Positions 50,949-63,299 of a DNA stretch of 64,000 bases are shown here, piece by piece; position 1 is the first letter of the stretch; every line of letters begins with the position of its first letter. Below the pieces are notes generated by a model. The model saw nothing but the letters and a program-made list of their open reading frames with translations. It did no database searches and was not told the origin of the DNA. Both the position numbers and the translations under genes were made by a program. Location of the stretch: NCBI GenBank assembly GCA_976551045.1, contig CDPCPM010000076.1:14756001-14820000 (forward strand), in the 5' to 3' direction. This DNA comes from Glaucostegus cemiculus (lineage: Eukaryota).

Positions 50949-52896
50949 CTTTGTAGGAGATTGTTATATGAAACCTAATGTGCATCATTCAAAGAATCAC
51001 ATGCAAACCAACAGGCGGCCAGAAAGATTTAATGAATTGATTTAGATAACTTACACAGAAGGAAGCAAATACATGAGAATCTAATTCATGAATTGGATAG
51101 TTTATGTAATAAGCAAATGCTTGTTTAGACTATTCTGAAAAGGCCATTTACCACCAAGGCCAAGGGCAGCAGGATCATGGGAACACCACCATCCACAGGC
51201 TCACCTCCAAGTCCAACCTGAAATGGAAAAATATCCCTGTTTATTTATCATCACTGTGTCTAAATCCTGGAAGTCCGTCCCTGAAGTGCTGTAGGAATGT
51301 CTTCAACAGAAGGAGTGCAGCATATTCAGTGCAGAATAGGAATCAATCCCCTTCTGAATGATGATCACTCTGGCTGTTTTGCTGCCAGGTATCATCCACT
51401 TCGGATGTGAACCTCACCTCCAGGAAATGTATGGGAGACGTGGGCTTGGGATTTGCTCCATGTTTCATTATTCCACGAAATAACCCATTGGTATTTCGTA
51501 AAATTTGAACCTGTGGCCTTGGAGCGGCAGTAAAATCAGATTATTTATGAAGTTGCTGGAACAGTCCCTTCCTTGTGCTTTTGATAATTCAAACCTCCAC
51601 AGCGCTCACAGGAACTGGCCACACATAGTGTCACTGGACTGTGTCCTGGCGATTTGAGAGGATTCATCCCCTATGTTTCCTTGAGGATAAAAAGCATCCA
51701 GTTGGATATGTGCCCCGCTATTGTGTCTCTTCACATTTACTGCAGCCAGGCAAAGAATGTACAATAACAGGAATCCACAGGACTTGGAGTCTGTCCAAGC
51801 ACAGTCTTTGACCCTTGGAATATTACAGATGGTTTCCTCAGTGAATGGATAGAGGCTATATCAGATCACAGCTGTGAGAGAGGGGGAAATGTGGAAACAG
51901 GGCAGCAGCCGGGAGCGTCAGGGAGGTGGGGAGTTAAATTGTTTGAAAGCTCACAAAGGGTGGAAACAGCTTGGAATGAAATTCTTTGTGTTAAGGCAGT
52001 CAGAAGGGTGCACTGTAAACAAAGGCAAACAGCCTGTGAGAAAGGAATGGGTTGGCCAACAACCACTGGACAAAACATAGAAATCAGATGGCTGATGGGC
52101 TTGAAATCCAACTTTGTCACAGCCACTAAGTGGGTTAGGTTGCATTAAGCACCTTGCCAGGTTTTCTTATTGCTTGGTGTCTGAAAAGGAAAATTGGGCA
52201 AAGTGGTGGACCTAAATCTCCACTGCACGGTTTATGCTCTGATGATAGAGAGCACAACCTCACAGCCTCCAATTTTCATCTGCATGTACACCAGGCATGC
52301 CCAGATACAAGGATCTAGTGCTAGGTATTACATGAGGAGGCTCTTTAAACTGGAAATTCTGCCCCAGCTGCAAAAATAAGAGGACTTCCAACGGGAGACG
52401 ATATATTAATGTTTCATCTCCCATTAGTACTTAGACTTTGGGGTCTCACAGGCCCTTCCACCTGTAAATACCAGTCTTGCTGGAGGTATATTAAAGGCAC
52501 CTGGAGGCCACATCAATGGTCCAATATACCTTGCTTTGCCCCAACGCTACCTGACTAGGTTTCTGACCTATGCTATCTGGAGCAGGAAGCGGATAGGAGA
52601 AAATCAATAAAATATCCAATGCTATGTGATGTTCTCCCTCAAGAAACTGCCGCTGGAATTCATTTCATGCACAGTCTTAATGATGAGAACTTCAGAGAAA
52701 TATTGAAAAAAAATTGAGAAGTAATGTTAGAGAGAGATGGGTTAAAGGATCAAGATCATTGACCGTATCATAAGAATGAATGGAAAAAAAAATTATATAA
52801 GGGGGTATATTGTCAGCAATTAGGTTTATTGTTTTTAACCAGTTCACAGGATTTTGGTGTTTTATTAATTTGTATGTTTCTTTTTTGCTTCTGCAG

Positions 52897-53056
52897 GGGT
52901 GTTCCCAAATTCATGAAAAGAAGCAAGGAACCAGATTACCGAGGCAAAAATGTATTTGGTGTTCCGCCAATAATAAACGTCAAGAGGTCGGGGCAGCCGC
53001 TACCTCAAAGTATTCAACAAGCCATGCGCTACTTGCGTAGTCAGTGCATGGGCCAG
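52897..53056 (+). CDS. STARD8: Exon 7, start of RhoGAP (VPKFMKR...VFGVPP...QQAMRYLRSQC)
   Basis: ctgcag acceptor, gtgtgt donor, 160 nt. VFGVPP and AMRYLRSQC favour STARD8 over DLC1/STARD13. Confidence 0.97.
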
Positions 53057-54292
53057 GTGTGTTTCTGGTTTCTACTACAAATCCAGAACCAGTTTTAGTG
53101 TTTTCAATAGGCTTTCTCTTTAGATTTAGTTAATTTCAGAAGTTACACTGTTACTTTGTTAGGTATTACATTGTTTTTATGCTGGGATCCCTAAATTGTA
53201 GGGGTTTGTAAAGAGATTGTGATCCTTCAGGTCATCAGATGTCTTCTGGATTATTGAGTTATTAATATATTATTTTTCACTCTTTATGCCCACTGAAAAT
53301 AATTTATTGCTGGATAGAGGCTGGTTGTTTAGTTAATATGATATTATAAACCATTGAGAAGCAGAACATTAAGAAAGTTTGCATGGTGTCTCCAGGAGAC
53401 TATCGTATTTCTGGAAGGTTGTCAAGTGAATGTGAACAATTGTTAAGAGTCTGGGAAGTATATTAATAGTCAGAGGTATTGTGTCATGGACATGTTCAAT
53501 AACCACCAACAAATAGTAAGCTTGTAATGCCAGTACCTTGTATTTTTTAATGGATGTGTGATAGTTCACTATGTTGCTGTGCAATAGTGTAGCAGTTTGG
53601 AGGGGTTGGGCTTGGGTTTGCAGGTATGTGTTCCCATGTGATTAGTTTGAGGCACCAGTGATCAGCCATTAGCTAATTTTGGAAGAAAGAAAACAAAGAG
53701 GAAAGATAATAAGTCTTGTAAATCTCACAGTGCTCAAGTCTTGAAATGATAGAGACTGATGTTGGGATAGAGGTCATTCATGAGTATTCCTAATTGGATG
53801 TAGCTGGTGAATAATTTGAAAAGACCCAAGAAAAAGAAGTGGGAGAAATTATATTGAAAAGAATAGCCAGCTGTGAACCATGATAACTCATCACATGGGC
53901 AACATGATTAAGTTAATTCACTGAGATACACCAACTCCTTCTATATCTCTATCAAGGTTCCAAATTAATCCATGCCTCCTACATAGGTCCAATCACTGAA
54001 GAGGATGGTGAGGAGAGCACAACCCTTGTATTTTGGTGGAGGGGTTGCATATTATGTTCTTCCCAGTGGCAAATCCTGAAATAGACTGTGGTATCCTCTC
54101 TAGCATCATTGGATCTGTGCAATCTTGTCCTTGCTGTTACTGTGTTTGAATGTCTATTGCCTCCTCATAATGAACTTCCAGCATGTGAAGGCATTGACCA
54201 GTTGCTTGCTGCTAGGTTCTCTTCAATAAAAATAGGTTACATTGATTAGAGTAAAAATATGCACTCTAACTTTATTAATATGTTGTACACAG

Positions 54293-54491
54293 GTTGGCAT
54301 CTTCAGGAAGTCAGGTGTGAAATCACGAATCCAGGTCCTCAGGCAGATGAATGAAAACAATCCTGACAATGTTAATTATCAGGGTCAATCAGCATTTGAC
54401 GTAGCAGACTTGTTAAAACAATATTTCCGAGACCTTCCAGAACCTATCTTCACCAGCAAACTGACAGAAACCTTTCTACAGATCTATCAGT
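54293..54491 (+). CDS. STARD8: Exon 8, RhoGAP core with arginine finger (VGIFRKSG)
   Basis: acacag acceptor, gtgagt donor, 199 nt. Catalytic Arg codon at 54305-54307; DVADLLKQYFRDLPEPIFTSKL. Confidence 0.98.
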
Positions 54492-55602
54492 GTGAGTGCA
54501 ATAATAAATGCTACTTTTACTGTTTTTTTTACTGTTTTGATCTTAACATTAGTTATAATGACTTATCCGAGCCATGCATTCTGAATAACTTAGAGCTGTT
54601 TTCCCTGTGTAATTGAGTTGTATCAAGATAGGAGGTATCTGTGCTTGAGGATAAAATGCTTTCCCTTTAGCTGATTTGAACCAGTAACAGCACAGTTGTG
54701 TTGTGTTTGGCTTGGAAGCTCCCTATTCTTTGAAGTAGCAATGTCCCTACAGTATCATTGTGAGATTTCCATTTCCAAAATTGTTACTTCTGTGTTAATT
54801 TTTACAGTGGGGATATGCCCACTAGGAACTGGATTAAGGTCATCCTGCACTCAATTCACATACATCCTATACAACCAATGGACAGAGAAAATTCCATTGC
54901 ATCAGCCCCACTGGTTATTATGTTATGCTCTAGAGATGCAATTCCAGTTTTTAAATTCCCAAAGCTATCTAGTGTTCCATAGTTTATGACTACAGAGACC
55001 AATGAATTGATGACACCAAAGGTGAAATCCTTGTATGCAGATTAGCTCCTTAATCACATTATCCATGTGCAGAATATTGTTTTGCGATTCTCTGTGTCCC
55101 AAAGATTAACACAATCTTGGATTTGAGTTGATGTTCATAGTTATTTCAATGATTTCTGAAAGTAACTTCCCCATCTATTTACTCATTCATAAGACGCTGA
55201 TATTGCACACAAGGCCAACATTCATTGACCCATCACTAATTGCTTGTGGGTAGTAGTGAGCCTCCATCTGAAACTGCCACAACAAATATGGTGAAGCTCT
55301 ACAATTTTAATTCAGAATTGCCAGAGAAAGGGTGATTAGTTATCAAGTCAGGACAATATGCAGAGTTTGGGGTAATTTGGAAGTGGTGGTGTTCCCTTGC
55401 ATCTGGCCGTTGTAGACCAGAGCAGTAGAGGTTATGGGTTTGGGAGCCACAGTAGAGGAACCCTTACTGGGTTTAGAAATTCATCTTGTAGTTTCACCCC
55501 ATATTTGGAAGTAATTATTTGATGGAATTGTCCTGATTGCAAATGCTAAAGCAATAAGAATGTGGAGATCGGTCTGTATGAATCTTTCTTTCCCTTCATC
55601 AG

Positions 55603-55813
55603 ATGTGCCAATGGATCAACGTCTCCAAGCCGTTCAGGCTGCCATTGTGCTGATGCCAGATGAGAACCGTGAGGTTCTTCAGTCGTTGTTGTACTTCCTA
55701 AGCGACATTGCATCTGTACAGCAAAACCAGATGACTGCTGGAAACCTGGCTGTGTGCCTTGCACCATCGCTGTTCCACCTCAATGTGCTGAAGAAAGAAA
55801 CTTCCTCACCAAG
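55603..55813 (+). CDS. STARD8: Exon 9, RhoGAP (DENREVLQ...NQMTAGNLAVCLAPSLFHLN)
   Basis: catcag acceptor, gtgagc donor, 211 nt, in frame. Confidence 0.97.
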
Positions 55814-57007
55814 GTGAGCTCTATGGTTCACTGGAACTCTGTGGTTGGTAGCTTGCTATATTCTTGCTGTTCCGTAGAAGGAAAGATGTTCTTGCTACCA
55901 AGGTGATGGCGTCATCAGAAATCCCCTTGACTGAATTTTCTTTGTTATTAAGAAATCCATTCGATTGGTCAAAGGGCATCTTGTAGATTCCAAAGGATGT
56001 AAAGAACAAGAATGAAGTTAAAATAAGTCAAAAAGTAGTAATTAGCTGACATCAGACTAGAATCTTAAAAGCCTTTATAAAGTAAGGAATTCTAAAATTC
56101 TAAAGTTTTAGGAGAGTGAACCAATGTGGAATGTGGTGTATTACGCATTGATTTGCTCCACTCTCTTGGGCATGACTTCTAATGTATTGGAATGTGCTTA
56201 GTTAAAGACTGAGAGAGTAGTCATCACCTTGCTGCTGGCTTCTACACATGCAGCTACCTACAAAGGATATTTTACAATAGAGAAATAGAGGAGTATTTGA
56301 AATTAATAGTTCCATGCTTCTTTGGTGAGCCATCCTAGATCATGTGTTCCAGGTTCTAAAGTAGGGTTCAACTACATGATCTTAGAATAGTCAAGGGAGA
56401 GTGAATGAGACACATCTGGAAATGGATCATTAGATCTATATGCAATGTTTATAATATTGCGACTTTGTCCACAAAGCCAGTTCCTCAAAATCAAAAGGGA
56501 CATTATTTTATCACTCAGTCATCTTTAAGATGAAGACAACCTTCATTATCCTTGTCTGGGGTATATTTAATGGTTTCCAGTTTAATACCAAATTCATCTA
56601 ATCAGAGAGAAAGATGATGACATGGGGAGGGGAAAAAGAAAATAGACAAGGAAAATAACTAGATTAAAAGGAAGTCAAACAGATAAATGGAGAGAAGGTA
56701 AAAACTTATTTAGGGTTGTGGATTGTCTTAAAACTTAACCTTGCTATTGATTTAGAAAATTAGGAGTTACAGAGCAACATTTATAACATATGTACCACTA
56801 CACAAAGAAAGCTATCAGTCAAAGAAAAACAACCTGCATCTCCATTGGCCATCTGAATATACACACAGATGTGAAAAGTGGAACACACTTGTTTAGGTGA
56901 TCATATGTGCAACTGATACAATTTAGTTTTACTTATGTGTTCTATGTTTCATGTAAGTTTGCCTGGGTTTTTGGAACATTCTCACATTTTTCCTGGCCTT
57001 ATTCTAG

Positions 57008-57122
57008 GATGATCCGAAGGAGAGGTGTTCTAAGTAAGCCTGATCAGAGGGACCTCAGCGAAAATCTGGCAGCAACCAAGGGATTGGGTCACATGATCAC
57101 TGAGTGCAAGAAACTTTTCCAG
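57008..57122 (+). CDS. STARD8: Exon 10, end of RhoGAP (KPDQRDLSENLAATKGLGHMITECKKLFQ)
   Basis: ttctag acceptor, gtactt donor, 115 nt, in frame. Confidence 0.96.
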
Positions 57123-57489
57123 GTACTTCAAAATAAATCTTGGAGCTCAGAGTGTGGCATTTCTACAGCAAAGCACTAACAGTAATAAATAGCTTGACAT
57201 ATGAACTGAGTGATGTTAGTAAAGAATACCTTGCTGTACTTATGTGATTTAGGTAAGGCCTTTTATGATTAACTCCTCTTCTCTGCAGTTTTAAGCAACT
57301 CTACTTGCTTTGTGTTTTGGTTACATAGGCTCTTGCAGTAACTGCCTCATTCCTTCTATGGTTCTACCATCCAGGGAGCAAAGAAGCAAGAATACCCCAT
57401 GCAGTCCATTGAGCTTACTTCACCTTTCAATAGGGTTATGGCTGATATTAGCTTCAAGTTCGGCTCCTTCTGCCTATTATCCTTCGATC

Positions 57490-57700
57490 TTTGTTGGTCC
57501 ACCTATCACCTACCAGCCCCTGTCTCACCCATGCCCCTCTCCTCTTGATGCTAGCTGTCTTCCCCCTCCATTCTCAATCCTGATGCAGGGTCTTGAACCG
57601 AAGCTTCAACAATTCCTTAACCACCCCCCAGATGCTGCTCGGTCTGCTGAGTTCCTCCAGCAGTTGTGTTTTGCTCAGAATCCAGCATCTGCATTCTCTT
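57490..57700 (+). repeat. Penelope-like terminal repeat with decayed hammerhead core
   Basis: CCACCTATCACC...CTGATGC-AGGGTCTTGAACC-GAAG...AGATGCTGCTCGGTCTGCTGAGTTCCTCCAGCA...TCCAGCATCTGCA. Confidence 0.65.
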
Positions 57701-57789
57701 GTGTCTCCATTTCTGTTGTGCTGTTCTCTTTATCAAACTGAACAACATCACATTTTCCCACTTTATACTTCATCCTACACCTTCTGGTT

Positions 57790-58270
57790 CACTCAGTTAA
57801 CTTGGATATGTTCCTTTCATATAATTCTCAGAGTTTACTTTCCATTCTTGTATCGTCTGGATATGTTACATCTTGTACTTTCATCTAAGATGTTAGTACT
57901 GATTGTAAATATCGGAGTACAGCATTGATCCTGTGGCACCCCTTGTAACACTTTGCTAATCTCAAATTGAGCCAATAATTAGGATATTCTGTTTTGTTTT
58001 AAACAGGTTAAATAATTCTCAGTTTCTGTCAACTGTTTGGGTTCTTTTAATGGCCTTTCGTGTAGCATCACATTGAATGACTTTTGGAAATTCAAAAATA
58101 ATGCACCTACAAATTCCTCTGAGTAACTCTGCCAAATTATATCAGCAACATACCCTATCAGATCTGCCAAACATGATCTTCTTCTCAAAAACAAATTGGA
58201 CTCTGCCTAATCTTATCATTTTCTAAGTCCTTTGTTACAGCAGATGTCAGAATAACTGGTCTGTAGTTCT
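57790..58270 (-). mobile_element. Degenerate CR1 RT fragment
   Basis: Minus-strand FLRRRSCLADLI...LFLNFQKSFNVMLHERP resembles GF..GRSCLTNL...YLDFQKAFDKVPH.RL. Confidence 0.65.
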
Positions 58271-58528
58271 CCACTTCCTCTCACCCTCCTCCAATAATGG
58301 TACTAAACTTTCTACCTCCTCATCCACATGGATCCTCACAGATTCCAGGGAATAACCATGATGTGCTTCGGAATATTTTGCAAAGGGTGGGTGGAGGGGA
58401 GGGTGTTGGAAGGTGTGGGAAGACTCTGATAAAAATAAAGGGGAAGCTTAGAATTCTCTTGAAAGGCAGTTTGGGTTAAAATCAAGGCCCTGATTTCATT
58501 ATCTCTTGCCCTGCGTGCTACATGTACA

Positions 58529-58730
58529 ATGAAAACAGAATATGTTGGAAAAACTTAGCAGATCAGGCAGCATCTGTGAGAAGAGAAGCAGTTTATAGTT
58601 AACAGTTAACATTGACCTGAAACATTAACTGTTTCTCCTTCCACAGTTTCTGCCTGACCTACTGAGTTTTTACAGCATTTTCTGTTCCTATTTCACATGT
58701 TCCAGCATCTGCAGATTTTTGATTTTCGTT
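58529..58730. repeat. Palindromic Penelope-like repeat flanked by a 10-bp direct repeat
   Basis: Imperfect inverted arms of about 60 bp. TACATGTACA occurs at both 58519-58528 and 58731-58740. Confidence 0.75.
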
Positions 58731-59036
58731 TACATGTACACTAAAGCAACTTTAGGATTTTTATCTGTCTTTGAATGACCCTGTGTCTCATTTGCCTTTG
58801 GTATGATTGAAAAATGTACGAAAAGTTGATATGGTATTCAGTAAAGACCACACTGGACTGAATTTATTTCATGATTAGCCGGTTTTGTAGTTAGATATTG
58901 AGTAATATGGGTGCATTCTAAATAGAAGATACACAGAATGCTTAAAGAAATGACTTGCATCATTGTCCTTGAAAGAATATCTAAGATGGTTCTAAAACTT
59001 AAGATGTTTTTACATAATAGTTCTTCTTTTCATTAG

Positions 59037-59258
59037 ATCCCCCATGATATAATGGTGCAGTCTCGGAACTCCTACATTGCAGCTGATGCTCACCCTTTGC
59101 CCTTGGAGGGCTTCAGGAGACATCCTGGAGGCATGGTCAAGGACTATGTGACCCACATGGAGGACACAATCCAGGCTCTACTAAAAGAGGCAGGAGAGAA
59201 GTTTAAAGGCTGGACCAACACCATAGGACCTGTGAACACAGAGCTTTCTTACAAAAAG
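59037..59258 (+). CDS. STARD8: Exon 11, start of START domain (IPHDIMVQSRNSY...LLKEAGEKFKGW...ELSYKK)
   Basis: cattag acceptor, gtatta donor, 222 nt, phase 0/0. Confidence 0.95.
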
Positions 59259-59536
59259 GTATTAAATAGAGTTTTGCAAAATAAGACTTGAAATTAATTG
59301 CCAAATATAAATTGTCCATTAAATTTTTATTTTGGGCTATTTCAGGCCAAATCTTGTTTGTCAAGTGCTTCTCCATCCTGATTGGAATTTACAATCTGCA
59401 AAAGACAGAGTTGAACATTCACTTGAATCTTGATATGACATTTTACATGCCTACGTATGTATTTGTAACTTTATTTTGCATGCTTACCATCTGAGGTACC
59501 ATTCCAGGAACATGATTATAAATGACTATTGCCCTT

Positions 59537-59637
59537 CAGTTCTGATGAAGGGTCCCAAACCTTAAATGTTAACTGTTTCTCTTTCCACAGATGCTGCCTG
59601 ACCTGTTGAGTATTTCCAGCATTTTCTGTTTTTTATA
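59537..59637 (+). repeat. Penelope-like repeat with near-complete minimal type I hammerhead motif
   Basis: CAGTT-CTGATGA-AGGGTCCCAAACCT-TAAA-TG-TT-AACTG followed by the shared repeat body. Confidence 0.7.
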
Positions 59638-62013
59638 TCATGATTAAATATCAAACTGGACCTGCTTTCTTAAACCTTCAAATCAGACCATATTTTAATT
59701 CACACTGAATAAAAATCTCAAGCTATTTATTACCACATGTATTTCCAGACTATTTTTTTCAGACTATGCAAATCAAAAAAAGGTGCTCGGGTGCAGCATT
59801 TTCTTTGTCTTTCTGTCTGCTGCTCTCACCATGCTGCCTATCAGTCCCAATGGAAAAGAAAAGCTTGCTTCTTATGGATATTCATCAATTCCACCCTGAA
59901 CTGTTTTTACAATATATCATTTTTTTTAACACTTCTCTTCCCACTGGCACTTGGAGCATTAACCAGAAGATAGTACTCCTGGAACAGTGCTATGGGGCAT
60001 CAATTGTGCCAATTTATCATCTGGTTCTTTTTCTCTCTCAATCTTCTATCTTCTCATTTCTCTCCTTTTTCATCCAGTGCGCTATCTTTTACTCACTCTG
60101 CGTCATGCCCATTTAGTTTCATCTAGTTTCAGTGGATAGTGATCAGGAGCTGGAATCCTTGCTGATGAAGCTAATCTCTCCCTAGTTCACAGCAATAGTA
60201 GCTAGCAAGAACTACCCTGGCTTCACAGACTGGGACTTTCATGAACTATATGGCTGTATTATCAGAATGTGTCTTTAATCTCCAGTCATAAGCATTTATA
60301 ATTGCTGGATTTTGCAGAGGATTCTAATGGATGTATGTATCCAAAATAGCCACTGAGCTTTGGGATGAGTGATTGATAGCACGAAAACTAGCAGAAAACA
60401 GAACATCAGTAAAAGCTTTTGTCTGTTTAATAAATAATGACAGACTCTGCATTTCTTACTCACTGGGATAATCCCATTGTGTAAATGAGTGTTTGAATCA
60501 CTTCCAGTTTTCTTTTTATCTTGGGCAGACATTGGGTGATTTCAGACATTCCGAGTGTGCAACTCAGACAAAATCATTGACCATAACAAAGCAAAATTGT
60601 CTTCAGATACTTAATTCTAAAAAGAGCAGTCTCTTTCTTTGTCCCTACTGACTGTAATGATGCTGGTGGATTGCATGCAGGACTTCAACCAAGCAGAACA
60701 ATCCCATTTCCACATATCCACAACATTTCTAATCCCCAAACTACTCAATAATGATTACTCGTCATGCTTTCGGGAAATTTATCCCATCTTGAAGAGGAGT
60801 TTCAATAAAAGTCTAAAAGTTAAAGTCTCACAATCAAGACCTCTTTTAAAGAGAATGTCTCCCTGTGAACACCCTGTCCACTGAAGGAGCACATAGGCAA
60901 TAGATGGATGAATGACGTTGACAAAGATTGAATCCAATTAAAATCCAAAATTGCTTGAGCAGCAACATATTAGTAACAGTAGCTTCTTCAATTTATATAA
61001 ACATTATGCAATAAGTACACAGGATGCAAAACACAATAGTAATCTCTGATGTTCTATTTAAATATGACACTTCTGTTAAATATTTATTTAAAAAGATTAC
61101 ATTATTGCTTTATCTACTCAATATATAACTCAGGTTCATTTAAAATGTGGAATCTATTTTTAGTATTTCTATGTAACTCTATAGACAAATCCATAAAATG
61201 AAGTTTAAAGAAGCCCAATTTTTATGCTGAGGAAGAGAGCAACAAAATACTTGTGCCTTGCTTCTGTGACAGGGGCATCTTTTAACAGGACTAGGTAACG
61301 ATGCATCACCAATGTTTATTGATGTCACCTACACATTATTTAATTAATGTTACTCAACTGATTGATTTTGGTTGCTGTACCACTGCTATAGTGAGAATCA
61401 TTGACACTGTGGTTATATGATTATTGGTGCTTATCTTCAGACATAGGAAGAAAACTGCTAATTGCCTAAGTTATGTGATTGATGTCTTCTGTCTGGTGCC
61501 CTTTTATACTTGCGTATGAGTCCGTCAGAGAAAAATGTTCCATATCTCTTGGGGTAGTGTAGTGGAGATTCTTGATAAGTTTAATGGGATGGAAAGTGAA
61601 ATAAACATAGAATTACTCAAGAGGTGCAATTACTAGTTTGCAAATGGGGAAGATCCAGGAAATTCCTTAAACATGATAATCACATTCTGCCAAGGTATTT
61701 CATTTAACCTGTTCAGTAATAATTAATTATCATGTTTTGGGGATACTGGTCCTCCATTTGAAGAGCAATTTTGCTAGAAGTGAACAGGCAAGTCTAACAA
61801 TCTGGACCTCTTTAGAGGACAGCCTTAGTCAAATTTTGAGAGAAGGAGATTAGAGAAGATTGAATCTGATTAAATCCAAATTTGTTTTGTGTAACAGCAC
61901 GTTGCAGTGATATTCTCCGATCACTGATGTGATTGATGCCTTTTGTTTGAGGGGTTATTTGTAATAGTAGTACTGTGACCACAACATTTACCTGCTTTTC
62001 CTTGTTCTGGTAG

Positions 62014-62231
62014 GTTGGTGATGGATATCCCATTCGTTTGTGGAAGGTAACAACTGAAATAGAAGCACCCCCAAACTCAGTGTTAAACCGGCTGCTCCGA
62101 GAGCGACATCTCTGGGACGATGATATGTTGATGGGAAAAATCGTGGAAAATTTGGGCAAAAATACTGATGTCTGCCATTATGTTCTGGATAGCATGGCAC
62201 CACATCCAAGGAGAGACTTTGTTGTTCTGAG
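62014..62231 (+). CDS. STARD8: Exon 12, START domain (VGDGYPIRLWK...LLRERHLWD...MAPHPRRDFVVLR)
   Basis: tggtag acceptor, gtatga donor, 218 nt. The gene continues past the window; no stop codon is reached. Confidence 0.96.
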
Positions 62232-62799
62232 GTATGACTAGTTAATGCATTGGCAACATTGCAATTTTATATACCTCAAATAGTGTGTTACATTGCAATT
62301 GGATTCCACTCCTGATTTGTGGTTGACCAAATTGAGGAATCTTGTGATTGATGAAGAATCCTCATCTGAATACTGTATATAATAATTCAGAATAACTTTA
62401 ATTGAAACATTGTGTAAGACAAACGGAAGTGTTTAGGCTGGTAGATATTACTTCCTGAAGCGCATGTGTAGGATTGATTTCACTTACGCTCAACATACCA
62501 CAGGAAATGGTTGAAGAAGACTATTGAGCAGTTTCATTTTGTGGTAATGAGTAATTTGCAATGCATGCCATAGCAAGAAAAAGCAGTTTGTATAGTTTGT
62601 GTTTGTATGTCCTTTGTTGATTATGAGTGATTAGATTTGGGCTTCAGGCTATAGGAATAGTTTACTCTGTTCGGTATTCTCTTGATAAGCTATTACATAA
62701 TTTTGCTCTAGCTTAAATTGATTTTCATTCACATAACATTTTTTCAGTGTGATGTGATTGAAATTTGGCTTAACCTAGAAACATGTTAACAACCCTCAA

Positions 62800-63240
62800 A
62801 AAGCAAAAAAAATTACTGATGTTGAGAATCCTGAAATAAAAACAGAAAACACTGGACGTACTCAGCAGTCAGGCAACAAGTGTGGAGAGAGAAGTAAAGT
62901 TCAATGACCTTCTATCAGAACTGGAAAAGTGAGAAAACAGGCTTGTTTAAATTGCAGGAAGGGGGAAAGAGGTAGAGAAAACCAAGGGAATGCAGGTAAC
63001 ACACATGTTGTTTGGTGTTTTCTAAGAGAAGGTGACGAATGCTTGTTATTCATTTCTGGTCTGTCTGGAGGAGCTGTAACTATAGGGAGATGGTGAGGAT
63101 AGAATTGAACTGGAAGGTGCAGAGCACTGCAGTTAGTTGAAATCTGAAGTAGAAGAGAACGCTGGAAGTACTTAGTTGCATCAGTGAAGAGAGAAAAGCA
63201 GAGTTACTTTTAAAGATGGTGACTTTACATCAGATCGGCC
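62800..63240 (-). repeat. Two tandem Penelope-like repeat copies
   Basis: CTGAAATAAAAACAGAAAAC..TACTCAGCAGTCAGGCA..GTGGAGAGAG..GACCTTCTATCAGAACTG, and a second decayed copy at about 63125-63235. Confidence 0.55.
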
Positions 63241-63299
63241 AATTCTGAAACAAACAGGAAAGACTGGTTAGCTGAAATTTTTGAATTCATTATTTCATA

